Positions 50,307-63,159 of a stretch of 64,000 nucleotides of DNA are shown here, piece after piece. Made by a program: the position numbers and the translations under genes. Source of the stretch: Octopus sinensis (Eukaryota); the NCBI RefSeq assembly GCF_006345805.1, contig NC_043013.1:50902001-50966000 (forward strand). The letters run 5' to 3'. Every line of letters begins with the position of its first letter. Position 1 is the stretch's first letter. A model generated the notes under the pieces. That model ran no database searches. It was given only the letters and a program-made list of their open reading frames with translations, and was not told the origin of the DNA.

Positions 50307-50702
50307 TCTTTATATATAAAAGTGAAGTTGTGTGTCTGTCTCCTACGATTTAGATTCCTAACTACTCCCACATTTTGCGGTGCAGTTTAACCAAAGCCGG
50401 GTATCTTATAGTCGTGATTCATATCGAGCCCTTCTGGGTATTAGCGCACGTCTACGATGAGTCTACGATCTAAAAAAAAATTTACCATCATTTTTTTCCA
50501 TTTTAATGCATTTTTTCGCTATTATATAAGGGAAGTAACTCTCTAAAAATGTCTACGATAAGTCAACGATTTAAAAAATAATTTACCATCATTTTTTTCC
50601 ATTTTTAATGCATTTTTTGCTATTTTTTGGCTATAACTCTCTAAAAATGCTTATATAGTTATTTCCCTTACAAACCCGAGCAACGCCGGGCGATACTGCT
50701 AG
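50307..50702 (+). mobile_element. Non-autonomous Helitron with internal ~80-bp duplication
   Basis: tctttatatataaaagtgaagttgtgtgtctgtc ... caaacccgagcaacgccgggcgatactgCTAG|t. Confidence 0.85.
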
Positions 50703-50944
50703 TTATACATACATATTAACACTTTACAGTATCCTTACATATATACACACATCTATACATCGATATATACAACAGGAATACTAAAGGAAGGTCGGAATTA
50801 AAGAGAAGAAAAACCAAAAGGTCTCTTGCTATTTTCATTTAAAAATTCCTGAGTAGAACTTATCATTATTACCTCCGCCTTTGCAACTGTTTTGAATGGA
50901 GGATTTGTTAAGATTGGCTCGTATTAGATAAGGATAAACCATTT

Positions 50945-51357
50945 ATTACAATATTGCATTTGTACAAGTTGGCTCCAGGTCTCATCCTGAGACCTCAAGA
51001 GACAACATGTTAGAAGTCCATGCTGGTGTTATGCCTAGGGTGCCATATATTTGGTTTCACACAAAGTATCGTTCTAGAGAATGTTTAAGAAACCATAAGA
51101 AAATTATGAGTTTATCTTAAAATTTAACATAACATAGACAGTATTTTACGTAGGATATGGGCAGTTCCCATGAGCACTATCTTATGAATTTCTGCCATTT
51201 TGGGGTTTCCTGGTATCTGAGCTAGGTAACAATCAAACCCTTTTGCTATCATTCCTTGGGCACCTATAACAACAGGTATTGTTTTAGTCTTCAGGTTCTA
51301 AATTTTGCTAATTTCTATTTCAAGATCTTTATACTTGCTCAGTTTTTGGTAGGTCTT
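50945..51357 (-). mobile_element. 5'-truncated R4/Dong-like (REL endonuclease) LINE 3' fragment
   Basis: Minus strand 51357-51124: KTYQKLSKYKDLEIEISKI*NLKTKTIPVVIGAQG...IHKIVLMGTAHILRKILS, matching the K..KY.DL..EI..LW / PIVIGALG / LGTA.ILRK C-terminus. Abuts a (TAA)n run. Confidence 0.8.
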
Positions 51358-51363
51358 ATTATT

Positions 51364-51417
<54 letters not shown>

Positions 51418-51943
51418 TTGTACTTATGTAAGTTGTTGCCATAGAGTATATATGATTAAAAAATTAGAACAATATAAAAAAAAACTGGAAAAGTCTGAAG
51501 GTGATACATATAATTGTTTTAAGCTCAATAAATGTCAGAATCTCAGACACAGTGCTGCAAGAGAACCGAGTGCAGGCGTAAACAATAATTTCTCTTGATT
51601 AATAGCAGGAGTTAGTTAGTGCTTCTGTTTGAAGTTGGTTAATGAATAACGGCAGGAATTCACAGAATTGCATTGAGTGGATAGGTTTGCTTTGAAGTCT
51701 TGCAGTCAAGAACATTTGACAATATCTCGTTGCAGTGGCATAAACAGAGACAGGAAGTAGGAAATTGCAAAGAACTAACTTGGTATCGGAAAATATCTGA
51801 AATGACTGATCGGAGGTTTAGTCTGTGATTGTCTCAGCAAATTTTCTCTGTTGCAGGAATGGTTTATGTAGATTCTTTAGGGAAGTGGCACAGTTTGGTG
51901 ATTGTGTAATTACTGCAGCGTTGCCTTGTAATCTTTTTCCAAA

Positions 51944-52424
51944 TCAGATGTCATCACCATCATCGTCTTCACTGTTATTATCATCATTTTTATCATCATC
52001 ATCATCGTTTTCATTATCAGCATTTTCATTATCATCATCATTAGCATCACCCTCAACATCATTATCATCATCATCTTCGTCATTATCATCATCGTCATCC
52101 GCATCATCCTGAACATCATCATCATCATCATCGTCGTCATCCGCATCATCCTGAACATCATCATCATCACCACCATCATCATCATCACCCTCAACATCAT
52201 TATCCTCATCATCTCTGTCATCATCATCATCATCATCATCATCATTGTCATTGTCGTCATCATCAGCATCACCCTCGACATCATCATCATCATCCCCATC
52301 ATCATCTTCACCTTCATCATTATCTGCTCTCCCTCCCATCTCCCGCTCAATGCATTTCCTTTTAGGACCTAGAACAACTGATTGAAAATACCAATTCCTC
52401 TGGCAGATGTAATGATAATCTTCA
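51944..52424 (-). CDS. Candidate exon: short unique segment plus Asp-rich tract (unconfirmed)
   Basis: Long polypyrimidine tract then ccacag acceptor at 52425-52426; reads EDYHYICQRNWYFQSVVLGPKRKCIERE then about 130 mostly acidic residues to TGA. An open GAT frame is expected from a (GAT)n repeat, so support is weak. Confidence 0.3.
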
Positions 52425-52816
52425 CTGTGGTGGTAACAATACAAGAGGAAGAGAGAAAGCGAGAGAGAGAGAGAAGGCGAGAGAGAGAGAGCTGACAGTT
52501 AATCATTAGAGATCAGTGACTCGGACATAATACACTTGACAATATTATTTGTAAGCTTAATGCCATGGCTGCTGTATTTTCCAATCTTGTTAAACCTTTA
52601 AGGAATTCTTGATTTTGGAAATGGCATCGTGTTTATAGAGATTTAGCTTCAAAACTTACTGACAAAAAACAAACCAGAATGATGATAATAATAATAATAA
52701 TCCTTTCTACTATAGGCAAAAGGCTTTAAAGTTTGGGGGAAAGGGACTAGTTGATTACATTGACTCCAGTGTATAACTGATATTTAATTTATTGACACCA
52801 AAAGGATGAAAGGTAG

Positions 52817-52854
<38 letters not shown>

Positions 52855-53304
52855 CCATTCTGCTTTAGGTACATGGCCTGAAATTTGGTGGGGAGGGGGC
52901 TAGTCAACCCCAATACTCAAATGGTCATTATGCTATCGACTCCAAAAATGATGAAAGACAAATTTGACCCCAGTGAAACTTGAACTCAGAATGTAAGACC
53001 AGAAGAAATGTCACTCTGCAATACTCCAGCCTGCAAACAATTCTGTTAGCTTGCTACAGTAGTAGTAGCAGTAGCAGCTTCAGCAGCTACAACAGTAGTA
53101 GTAGTAGTCTTTTCTGTGAAAAGCAGTCATTCTGGAGTAGGGGTAAGACAATTACATTGGCCCCAGTGCTTAACTGGTACTTATTTTATAGACTTCACTC
53201 CACCGAAAGGATGAAGGGCGAAGTTGACCTTGGCGGAATTTGAACACAAAACATTAAGCCAGAAGAAATGTTGCTAAGCATTTCACCTCACATGCTAACG
53301 ATTC

Positions 53305-53720
53305 TTATTTCTTTACTGCCCACAGGGGGCTAAACATAGAGGGGACGAACAAGGACAGATAAAGGGATTAAGTCCATTACATCAACCCCAGTGCATAACT
53401 GGTACTTAATTTATTGACCCCGAAAGGATGAAAGGCAAAGTCGACCTCGGAGGAATTTGAACTCAGAACGTAACGGCAGACAAAATACGTATTTCTTTAC
53501 TACCCACAAGGGGCTAAACACAGAAGGGACAAACAAGGACAGACAAACGGATTAAGTCGATTATATCGATCCCAGTGCATAACTGGTACTTATTTAATCG
53601 ACCCTGAAAGGATGAAAGGCAAAGTGGACCTTGGTGGAAGTTGAACTCAGAACCTTACGGCAGAGGAAATACCACTAAGCATTTCGCCTGGCGTGCTAAC
53701 ATTTCTGCCAGCTTGCTGCC
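53305..53720 (-). mobile_element. Two tandem SINE B copies inserted in a third
   Basis: Two complete units, flanked by gctaacgattct at about 53293 and 53738. Confidence 0.8.
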
Positions 53721-54426
53721 TTAATGTTGCCATCAGGCTAACGATTCTGCTAGATTACTACATTAGTAGTAGTAGTGGGGGGGGGGGGGGTAATAATAAT
53801 GAAAATAAAATACGGTAGATATGCGAAAACAAGCATTACCAGCAGTCTTGCAAATATCAATTAAACACCTCATAATACCCAGATATAAATGATTAATGTT
53901 GATGGAAATCATATTTTCATCTTTATTTATTTATTTCTGTAGGCATGGCAGTAAGCTGCTGTTATCTCGGTGTTAGAAATATGAAAATGGAACAGCTCAG
54001 TTCTTTATAATCCATATAAAAGTGTACCCGATTCTGTAAGAGAATACCCGATTCTAAATGGATTTATTGGCCATCTGCAATAAACTGCAATAAATCGCAG
54101 TAAATTCATAACTTGCATTTCGAAAGTCTTAAAGTTCTTTTACAGTTAGATTTTAATAACTTTAGAAATAACGAAATATTTTAGAAATTTTAATCATTTT
54201 TTAATCCTCTGTATTTTGATTACTTTTTGATTATTTTTTTGTTCATTTTGTATGTATTTATATTTTAAATATTTTTTTATGTTATTTATTCTGCTGTAGG
54301 TTAATTTATTATTTTCTTCCTTTTTGTTTGGTGTGGTGAGTGCAACGGTGTAATTATAGATGAGAGATGTATATCAGGTTATATAGTGAAGAAATTAAAG
54401 TACTTTATTTAAATTTGATATATATA

Positions 54427-54464
<38 letters not shown>

Positions 54465-54523
54465 ATATATATGTATATGTGTGTGTGTATACATATATAT
54501 GTGTATATGCATATGTCTGTATA

Positions 54524-54564
<41 letters not shown>

Positions 54565-55633
54565 GTGTGTGTTTGTGAACATGTATATACATATGTATGT
54601 ATATATATTTGTATACATGTGTATGTGTGTCTATAAATAATTATATGTATGCATTAATGACCTGTAGACACTTGGTATTTCGTTATGTAACCATAATACA
54701 CCACAAATTATATTAAACGTTTTGTGTCCTGCTGTGTTAGCAGTGCTATTAAATCACATCTCTATGGTCATCTCTATGGATTTTCAATAAAAATCAAAGC
54801 CAGAACCGATTTTTGTTTGATGTTTCATATCTGAGTATGCCTAATGCAAACAACAACGAGATCAAAATAGGTAATGAGCATATATGCCATGTTTTGGGAG
54901 TTTTTGACCTGTCATCAGCACCCACCTAACCCCTTAATCATCCACAAAGCTCATTGCTTAAATAGCCATTAAATACAGCAGTGTAACATTATTGGATATA
55001 CCAATTTACATATTAAACACATTCCTGGAAGCTGGTATGCAAATATTAACGACTTATTGAGAAGGCGGTGAGCTGGCGGAATCGTTAGCATGCCAGGTGA
55101 ACTACTGAGCTGTATTTCACCCGTTGCTACATTCTGAGTTCAAATTCTGCCGAGGTTGACTTTGCCTTTCAACCTTTTGGGGTCGATAAATTAAGTACCA
55201 GTTATGCACTGGGGTCAACCTAATCAAGAAATCCCCTCCCCTCAAAATTCCAGGCCTTGTGCCTACAGTAGAAAGGAATAATGACTTCTAGGGACACAGT
55301 ATTTCGTTAAGCAAACATAATATACAACGATGTATATTAAATGTTTTCTACAAGTCAATACCGTGTACTACTGTGTTAGCAGTGCTATTAAATCACGTGT
55401 TAAGGTTGTTTCTACAGAATTACTATAGAAGTTATAGCCAGAACTGATTTTGTTAGGATGTTTTGTATCCAGGACATCAGATGCAAACGAACAATGAGAT
55501 CGAAGATCGGTCTCTTTTGCTGAACAGCTAAGTTATGGGGATGTAAACGCACCACCATTGGTTGTCAACTTATGGTGGTGGTGGTGGTGGGGGACATACA
55601 CAGACGCACAAACATATACATATATATGCATAC

Positions 55634-55676
<43 letters not shown>

Positions 55677-56005
55677 CATATATACATATACATATATATG
55701 ATGGCTTTCTTTCAGTTTCCGTCTACCAGATCCACTCACATGGCTTTGGTCAGCCTGAGGCTATAGTAGAAGACACTTGCCCAAGGTGCTATGCAAGGGA
55801 CTGAACCTGGAACCATGAGGTGGGTAAGCAAGCTACTTACCACACAGCCACTCCTGCGCCTATGTATATATAATTAATTATATATGTATATATAATCAAA
55901 AGTATTTACTTCTCCAAGAGATCATAACCGTGAAGGAGTGTTGTAATATTCAAAAGGAAACATTTAATGACTCTAGGAATCTGAGAAAGGATGTCGATAA
56001 GGATA

Positions 56006-56043
<38 letters not shown>

Positions 56044-58011
56044 GATTATTATTATTATTAGTTTGCCACATGTTGCATTCGTTTTATAAGGAACAAGGAT
56101 TTATGACTTGATCACTTTGCAGTAATGGAGGAAGTCATTGGGGGTCAATTCCTGTTTGCTTTCTGTGGTAAAGTTCCCTCCCTGCTACTGGCTATTATCA
56201 AGACGTACAGAAGGAGGATAGTGGACAATGGAAACGAGAGGTCTTCAGTTGAAGTCTCCTGTACTGCTTATGTGTTCTTCTGTAATCTAATTTTGAATCT
56301 CATGGGTTCTGGGTATTGCCCTTCGTCCTACTGGAGTCGGCAAAACAATGTAATATCTGAGTGGAACTTCACAGTAAGAAGTTGCACCTGTTATGTATAT
56401 ATATATATATATATCTTTTTACTTGTTCCAGTCATTAGACTGTGGCCATGCTGGGGCACTGCCTTGAAGAAGGATTTTTAGTCAAACGAACCGATCCCAG
56501 TACTTTTTGTTCTCAAAGTCTGATCTTTGTGTTTTTTGCCAAACTTCTAGGTTATGGAGACGTAAACACACCAACACTGGTTGTCAAGCGGTGGTGGTGG
56601 TGGGGGGGGGGACAAACACAGGCTCAAAGACACACACACACACACACATGCATACATTTATTTGACAGACTTCTTTTGAGTTCTCTCCTCCAAATCTACT
56701 CACAAGGCTTTGGTCAACCCAAGATGTCCATGCAGTGGGGATGAACCTGGAACTCTATGGTTAGGGAGCAAACTTGTTATGACACAGCTACACTTAATGA
56801 TGATGATGATGATGATGTATATATATATAATATATATATATATATATAAATTAGAAGAAAAAACAGCTTTTATCAATTCAAAATGAAAAATTAAATTACA
56901 CCATCTAGAAAATTACATATAATAGAAATATTAAATATAAGATAAAATATATAATGATGATTAAATAATGTACAAAATAATTTCTAATTTATATATATTA
57001 TATTTTGTGAAATTTGATTTAGTATTTCTAAACTGAATTTTTCCCTGTAAGTTTGGAATAATATTCCCTCATATTATATATATATATATATATATATATC
57101 ATCATCGACTTAATCTTCACTTCACCATGCTTGCATGGGTCAGATGGAATTCATTGAAGCTGATATTTTTTTTAAGGTTGGGTACCTTTCCTCTCACCAA
57201 CCCTCATCCATTTCCAAGCAAAATTATCCATCCTTATAGCCAGACATGTTTTCTAGAAGATTGGAAATGCACAGCACTGCTTCTATAATGGTGGTACATG
57301 TTTATTTTCAACTACTACCTGGTGTTAAGACAATATGGCACAAACACACACACACACACACACTTAACAGGCTTCTTTCAGTTTCTGTCTGCAAAATCTC
57401 TCTCTTACCTCTTGACGACTGGTTTTAGTTTGACCACATCCCCATTACTTAGCAGTTCAACAGAAAGGAACCAATAAAATAAGTACCGGACTTTAAAGAA
57501 AGTACAAGAGTCAGTGTGATTGATGAAATCCTTCAAAGTGGTACTCCAGCATGGTCGCAACCAGTGATCAAAATAACTGAAAGAATAAATGTCTTTTCTC
57601 TAATGTGTTTGTGTGAGGGCATGAGAGATAAATAGACAGGCAGACAGTCAGATAGGCAGGCAGACGGACAGATAGATAGCTAGGTGAATAGATAAAGAGA
57701 CAGATAGACAGACAGACAGACAGACAGATGGATGGATGGATGGATGGATGGATGGATGGATGGATGGATGGATATGTTTCTTTATTAGCCACACAGGGCT
57801 GAACATATGGGGGACAAATTACAAAGTAGAGCTTTTCTTTTTGGGGAGGGAAAAAAAGGAGGGGCTTTCAATCAAAAGGGATCGTAAAAAAAAAATAGAT
57901 AGATAGATAGATAGTTAGATAGACAGTCAGATACACAGACGGACAGACAGACAGAGAGCCAAATAGATATATAGATAGACAGATAGATAGATAGACAGAT
58001 GGATAGATAGA

Positions 58012-58106
<95 letters not shown>

Positions 58107-58188
58107 GTAGATACATGCATACAAAGATAGATAAAGATATATATATATATATAGTTAAATAGATAGAGAGACAGACAGATAAATAGAC

Positions 58189-58230
<42 letters not shown>

Positions 58231-59319
58231 TTAAATAGCTAGCTAGGTAGATAGATAGATAAATACTTAGTTAAATAGATCAACAGACAGAAAGACAGAT
58301 AAATAAATAGACAGATAGATAGATTCATAGACAGATAGATAGATAGATACTTAGTTAAATAGAGAGACAGAGAGAAAGAGAGATAGGCAGACAGAGAGAA
58401 AGAGATATTTACAACCCAGTATTCTTGTTGCTTCTTCAACATTTCCACCCAGTTTCATGTTTCCTGTAAATAAATCCATAATATTCACAGATTTAAAGAA
58501 TTTGAAATATATTTTTATAAAACCAAGTTATGAACTCTTAACACGACACTAATCCTTCCCCTGCTGAGTGTGTGTCGTTAATAAAGATATTTTCTCTCAT
58601 TTACCAATTAAAAAGAAACAATCGACTCTCATTTATTGAATTTTCTCTTTCATTATGTTCTCCATCGTTAACTCATAAATTGCAGGTTTAGCAGAACCAG
58701 AGCAAACATGACAGAACGTAAACATGTGGCACTGCATCAAACCCTGACATGTTATATTGAAATTATATTGAAACAGAAAACCGATGTAAAGATTTACTTT
58801 GCCATGTCAGAGCTGGCCATTGTTCTGTTCCTATCCTCCATTTTGCAAAGACATTGGGTGGGATCTGGAATCGTATGTGTTGCAGACTTCACTAAGATAA
58901 ACAAATTAATATTTGTTTATTTTTGCAACACAGAAATGTGCAATGCAAAAAATGAAACAACAACAACAACAAAAAAAAAAAAAAAAAAGAGGCTGAGCGT
59001 TAAATAAGCGACTAATTAACATGAGAAACTCTTAATTAAAAAAAAAATTTCGTTTAATTTTTTTTTTTCTTCTTATTTTTCTAAATTTAAACATTGTGTT
59101 TTAAGCAGAGCGCCACCTGCTATTCAGCTTTGTCAAGCAACATACTGCATGTAATGCATTTTAGCTGAAGAATTTACTTAGGTGCACATGCTGCATAAAT
59201 CATGATATGTCAAGATTCTTCCCAAGTTGCACCGAAAGAAGTGTCTTTAATGATTCAAGCCTGCAAATGTTAGAACTTTTTTTTTTCTTATGCACACACA
59301 CACACACACACACAATTAT

Positions 59320-59353
<34 letters not shown>

Positions 59354-59789
59354 ACGTCATTGTCATCATCATCATCATTTTAGTATTTACACTTGCATAC
59401 CAGTATTGAGTCGGATGGAATTTGTCGAGGCAGATTTTCTATGACTGGGTGCCCTTCCTGTCACCAACCTTCACCTGTTTCCAGGCGAAGTAATATTTCC
59501 CCTGAGATTGGACATGTTTTCACAGAAGACTGGAAATGCATGGCACTGCTTCTTATGATGGAGACGCTTTGCTTACAACTAACGCACACTGTTAAGACAC
59601 CATGATCCCACCACCACCACCACCACCACCATCCCCACCTCCTCCAAAGGATGGAAAGCAAAGTTGACCTTGGCGGAATTTGAACTCAGAATATAAGCCG
59701 GACAAAATGCTTAAGCATCATTTTGTCCAGCATCTTAATGATTCTGCCATCTTGCTGCTTTACTACTACTACTACTACTACCACCACCA

Positions 59790-59950
59790 CGCACACATGG
59801 TTGTGATGCATGTTGCCTAGTATACCCTTATCAGACGGGTAGTCATGATGGGTATACTGGGCTTCGTGTATTTTACCCCAGTGTCACTTTGATGGCATGC
59901 ACTGCTCTCTCACTCAATAACAACAACAATAATAATAATAATAATAATAA
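59790..59950 (+). mobile_element. Probable LINE 3' end with stem-loop and (AAT)n tail
   Basis: Stem cctagtataccc/gggtatactggg, then ctctctcactcaataa(caa)n(aat)n. Confidence 0.45.
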
Positions 59951-60819
59951 TCATGCAGTGTTTTAAATCTGCATTTGTCCCTGTTATCGGGGGTGGCTGG
60001 ATTTACCTCAATGCCATAGCAACTGAGGTAGGCAGGTGCAGCCCACTCCAACTTTTTGGCTGGCTGGCTGGTGCCCATTCTCCTTTGCTATCATGAGACT
60101 TTTTTGGAGCTGGGTTTTCTACAGGGAGCATGCCCTTGCTTACCACTCAACCTCAGTTTCTAAACATGAATGGTCCTGAGACCAAGGCCTCTACCACAAT
60201 TTTTAAGAAATGTGGTGGAAAACTAGCTCAGGAAGGTAGGGACGCTATTCCCTGAGACCCCTTTCAGAGCCCCGAACCTATAATAATAATAATAATAAAA
60301 ATTGTTTTTAATTTATGCAGATGGCTAGCAGCATTTTTAAGGGGAGAGCATTAGATAACTGTATCACTCTCAGTATTTGTCAGGTACTTTCTTTTCTTTC
60401 CCCCAAGTGACTAAAGGGCAAAGTTGACCTCAGCAGGGATTTTAACTCAGAGGGTCAATAGATAGAGCATATGCCAGAAAGCATTTTTTCCCAATGCCTT
60501 AATAGTTCTGCCAGATTAAGACATCACAGAATAGCAGGTGATTTGTGCGACCTTTAACTATGGAAAAAAAAGTCAATAAACATTTTGCCAACATCAAGTA
60601 CAAAATATGTGTACACGTAACCTTAGACACCAAACACAAAATTGCTTTAAACAAATTTATGGACAACAATTAACAATACAGGGAACCTTATTCAGGATTA
60701 GATTTCAGCTGTTAACACATAAATCTATTCTTAGATTGTGATCTATCCAAAGCTCTAAGATATCCTTTTCTCCAGAAATTAAACAAGTCTGTGTCTTTGT
60801 GGGTTCCTAAGACTTCATT

Positions 60820-61255
60820 GAGCTGGTACTTTGCACACTCATCAATCCAGTTTGAGTAATTTATTCAAGAAACAGATCTCTGTAGTGTAAACCAATAAAT
60901 TAGTTATTGATTTCACCTTGCAGTTTGTGCTAACATTGGTGAAGGGTACCACTCTGAGGTACCTATGAGCTGGTTCTTTGCACACTCATCAATCCAGTTT
61001 GAGTAATTTATTCAAGAAACGGATCTCTGTTGTGTAAACCAATAAATTAGTTATTGATTTCACCTTGCAGTTTGTGCTAACATTGGTGAAGGGTACCACT
61101 CTGAGGTACCTATGAGCTGGTTCTTTGCACACTCATCAATCCAGTTTGAGTAATTTATTCAAGAAACGGATCTCTGTTGTGTAAACCAAATAAATTAGTC
61201 ATTGATTTCACTTTGCAGTTTGTGCTAACATTGGTACCACTCTGAGGTACCTATG
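60820..61255 (+). repeat. 147-bp tandem repeat, 3 near-identical copies
   Basis: gagctgg starts at 60820, 60967 and 61114. Confidence 0.95.
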
Positions 61256-61800
61256 ACAAACTAGGTACATATGGAACCATTGAGCATTAGGTCCCATGGA
61301 AATAAAACCAGCATGGAGCTGTGGATAGGACATGAGCTACTGGCCACGCTATTATTGGTCTGTAACTTAATCAACTCAGTTATCTCAGTCCTCTTGCTCA
61401 ATCCTTCATTGAGGTCAGCCAGTGCTCATCATGCAAGAAGTAACAGGTAAATTTCTTTCAAACAACACTATCCTTTTTTTAAAAAAAGAAGGGCACATTG
61501 GATAGTGTAGTCCTTCATAACTTTGTGGCACTATCAATGTTGATGCCTGTCATAAAGAAATTGAAAACATATCTTATCATTGAATAGTTTGCCATTTGAA
61601 AGTTTGAAGCAAGGGTCGACAACTAGAAGAGGATCTATGGTTAAGGATCAGTGCCTCAAGAAGTCACTTCAAACCCATGCTGGCAGTCTTCTCCATTGCA
61701 AGACTCCAGATGAGATCTCAAGTTTGAATACACCATATTTAATGGTGTTTATGGTGTTTCTATATTTTAAAATGTATCAAAAACTTGCCCTGTATATAAT

Positions 61801-62060
61801 AACCTGACGCACCGCTCTACAAGCACCATATCGGTATCTCCAGACAAGCCTATTCCACGGACGTGGTCCTTTACGAAGAAGAGAGAACTCTTCTCGGGGC
61901 TCCCGGTAATGTCTCCGGGCTCACTTGCACTGCTGCTGCTTTGCCCGGTTGCTGGCTTCGATGACGGACGTGCTGCTAGGAGCACGCCACATTCCTGCCA
62001 CCGGACAGGTGCTCTCTGAGTTCGGGAATATTAACCCAATTCCCTTTCGATGCAAGGCCG
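61801..62060 (-). pseudogene. Retroposed 28S rRNA fragment (D7 region, 260 nt) with 11-bp TSD
   Basis: Reverse strand has tcgaaagggaattgggttaatattcccgaac and cccggaga...cgggagccccgagaagagttctctcttcttcgtaaagg, conserved LSU rRNA motifs. ctgtatataat flanks it at 61790-61800 and 62061-62071. Confidence 0.88.
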
Positions 62061-62407
62061 CTGTATATAATGGGTGTTGTAGACTCGGGGGCCAGACAAG
62101 CATAAGTCAGCTAGACCCAATAATTATTATTGATTATAAAATATTGCAAACAAATGAAAATACCACAGTCTCTTAGCACAAACTTATGAAGAATTGCTTC
62201 TGTTATGATGGCAGTTATGCAGAGAGATCATGTCATCTCGTTACACCACCTTAATGAGCATACATTACCCATACCTGATATATGTCTACCATTATTTAAT
62301 GGTTGTGTTACCTTTATGAAACATTTTAAGAATTATCTAAATGGAAAAATTCTAGAAAGATGAAAGGAATGGTGAACTTTCATCTGCTTGTCAGTTAGTT
62401 GAAAGGG

Positions 62408-62800
62408 TGACATCATCATCACCATTGTTCGACCGTGGTCGAGACAATGGAATTTACCATGCTACGCCAGACTTCACGGTCCATCATGGCATTACGGAGG
62501 CCCTGTTGCTGGATGCCTGTATCCCGGGAGATTACATCAGGGTAGGAGAGTGTGCGCCCTCTGGTATCGCGAGTAGATGGCTTCCAGAGGAGAAGAGTAG
62601 AAATTACCTCTTTTTCAGCTCTACAACAATGTCCAGCAAACTGGACTCTCCTACCTTTCACAAGAGATGACACAGGTGGTAGTTTCCCATATATTTGTAC
62701 TTTGGTTGGATGACGCTTCCACGAGAGATTTTGAGCTCTCATAAGGAGGCGAGTGTAGGTTCCATCCAACCGCCTCTCAAGCTTCTTTGATAACTAGAAA
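62408..62800 (-). mobile_element. RTE-X-like LINE 3' fragment with open C-terminal ORF
   Basis: KKLERRLDGTYTRLLMRAQNLSW...YGKLPPVS...RRVQFAGHC...LLLWKP...YPDVISRDTG...MMDREVWR, then a (TGA)n tail. Confidence 0.85.
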
Positions 62801-63159
62801 GGGTATGGCCTGGTCAGCCTGTAATGACATGCATAAGATCTGGTCATCAAATCTAAGAAAGGGTGACAAGGAAACCATTGAGGAACTGCACCAATTTGGT
62901 GGCTGATTCTTGAGACACAAAACATGACAACCAGAAACACAAGTTCTTACATCCTGCACAGTAATTCTCTGGAACCAAAATATAAACAGCTCTTCAACTG
63001 ATCTGAGAGAAGATAAAGTTGAAAACATGACACTTGTATATAACTTAGTTTATTTATGATAAATTAATGGTTTCATACTTTATTCCAGTATACTGTTACA
63101 GCATTATATTTGCATGTTATTTACATTATTTACATTTGATGGATATTTGACCTCATCTT

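Noticed and set aside
56125-56481. 118-aa plus-strand ORF in unique-looking sequence
   Set aside because: No recognisable motif, runs into a microsatellite and a SINE, and no consistent splice signals.
60820-61255. CRISPR-like or coding tandem repeat
   Set aside because: No unique spacers and eukaryotic context; although 147 is a multiple of 3, the frames I checked contain stops.
62800-63005. Possible small exons with cag|...|gtaaga and ttag acceptors on the minus strand
   Set aside because: The joined peptide is unrecognisable and the second piece runs into the LINE fragment without a donor.
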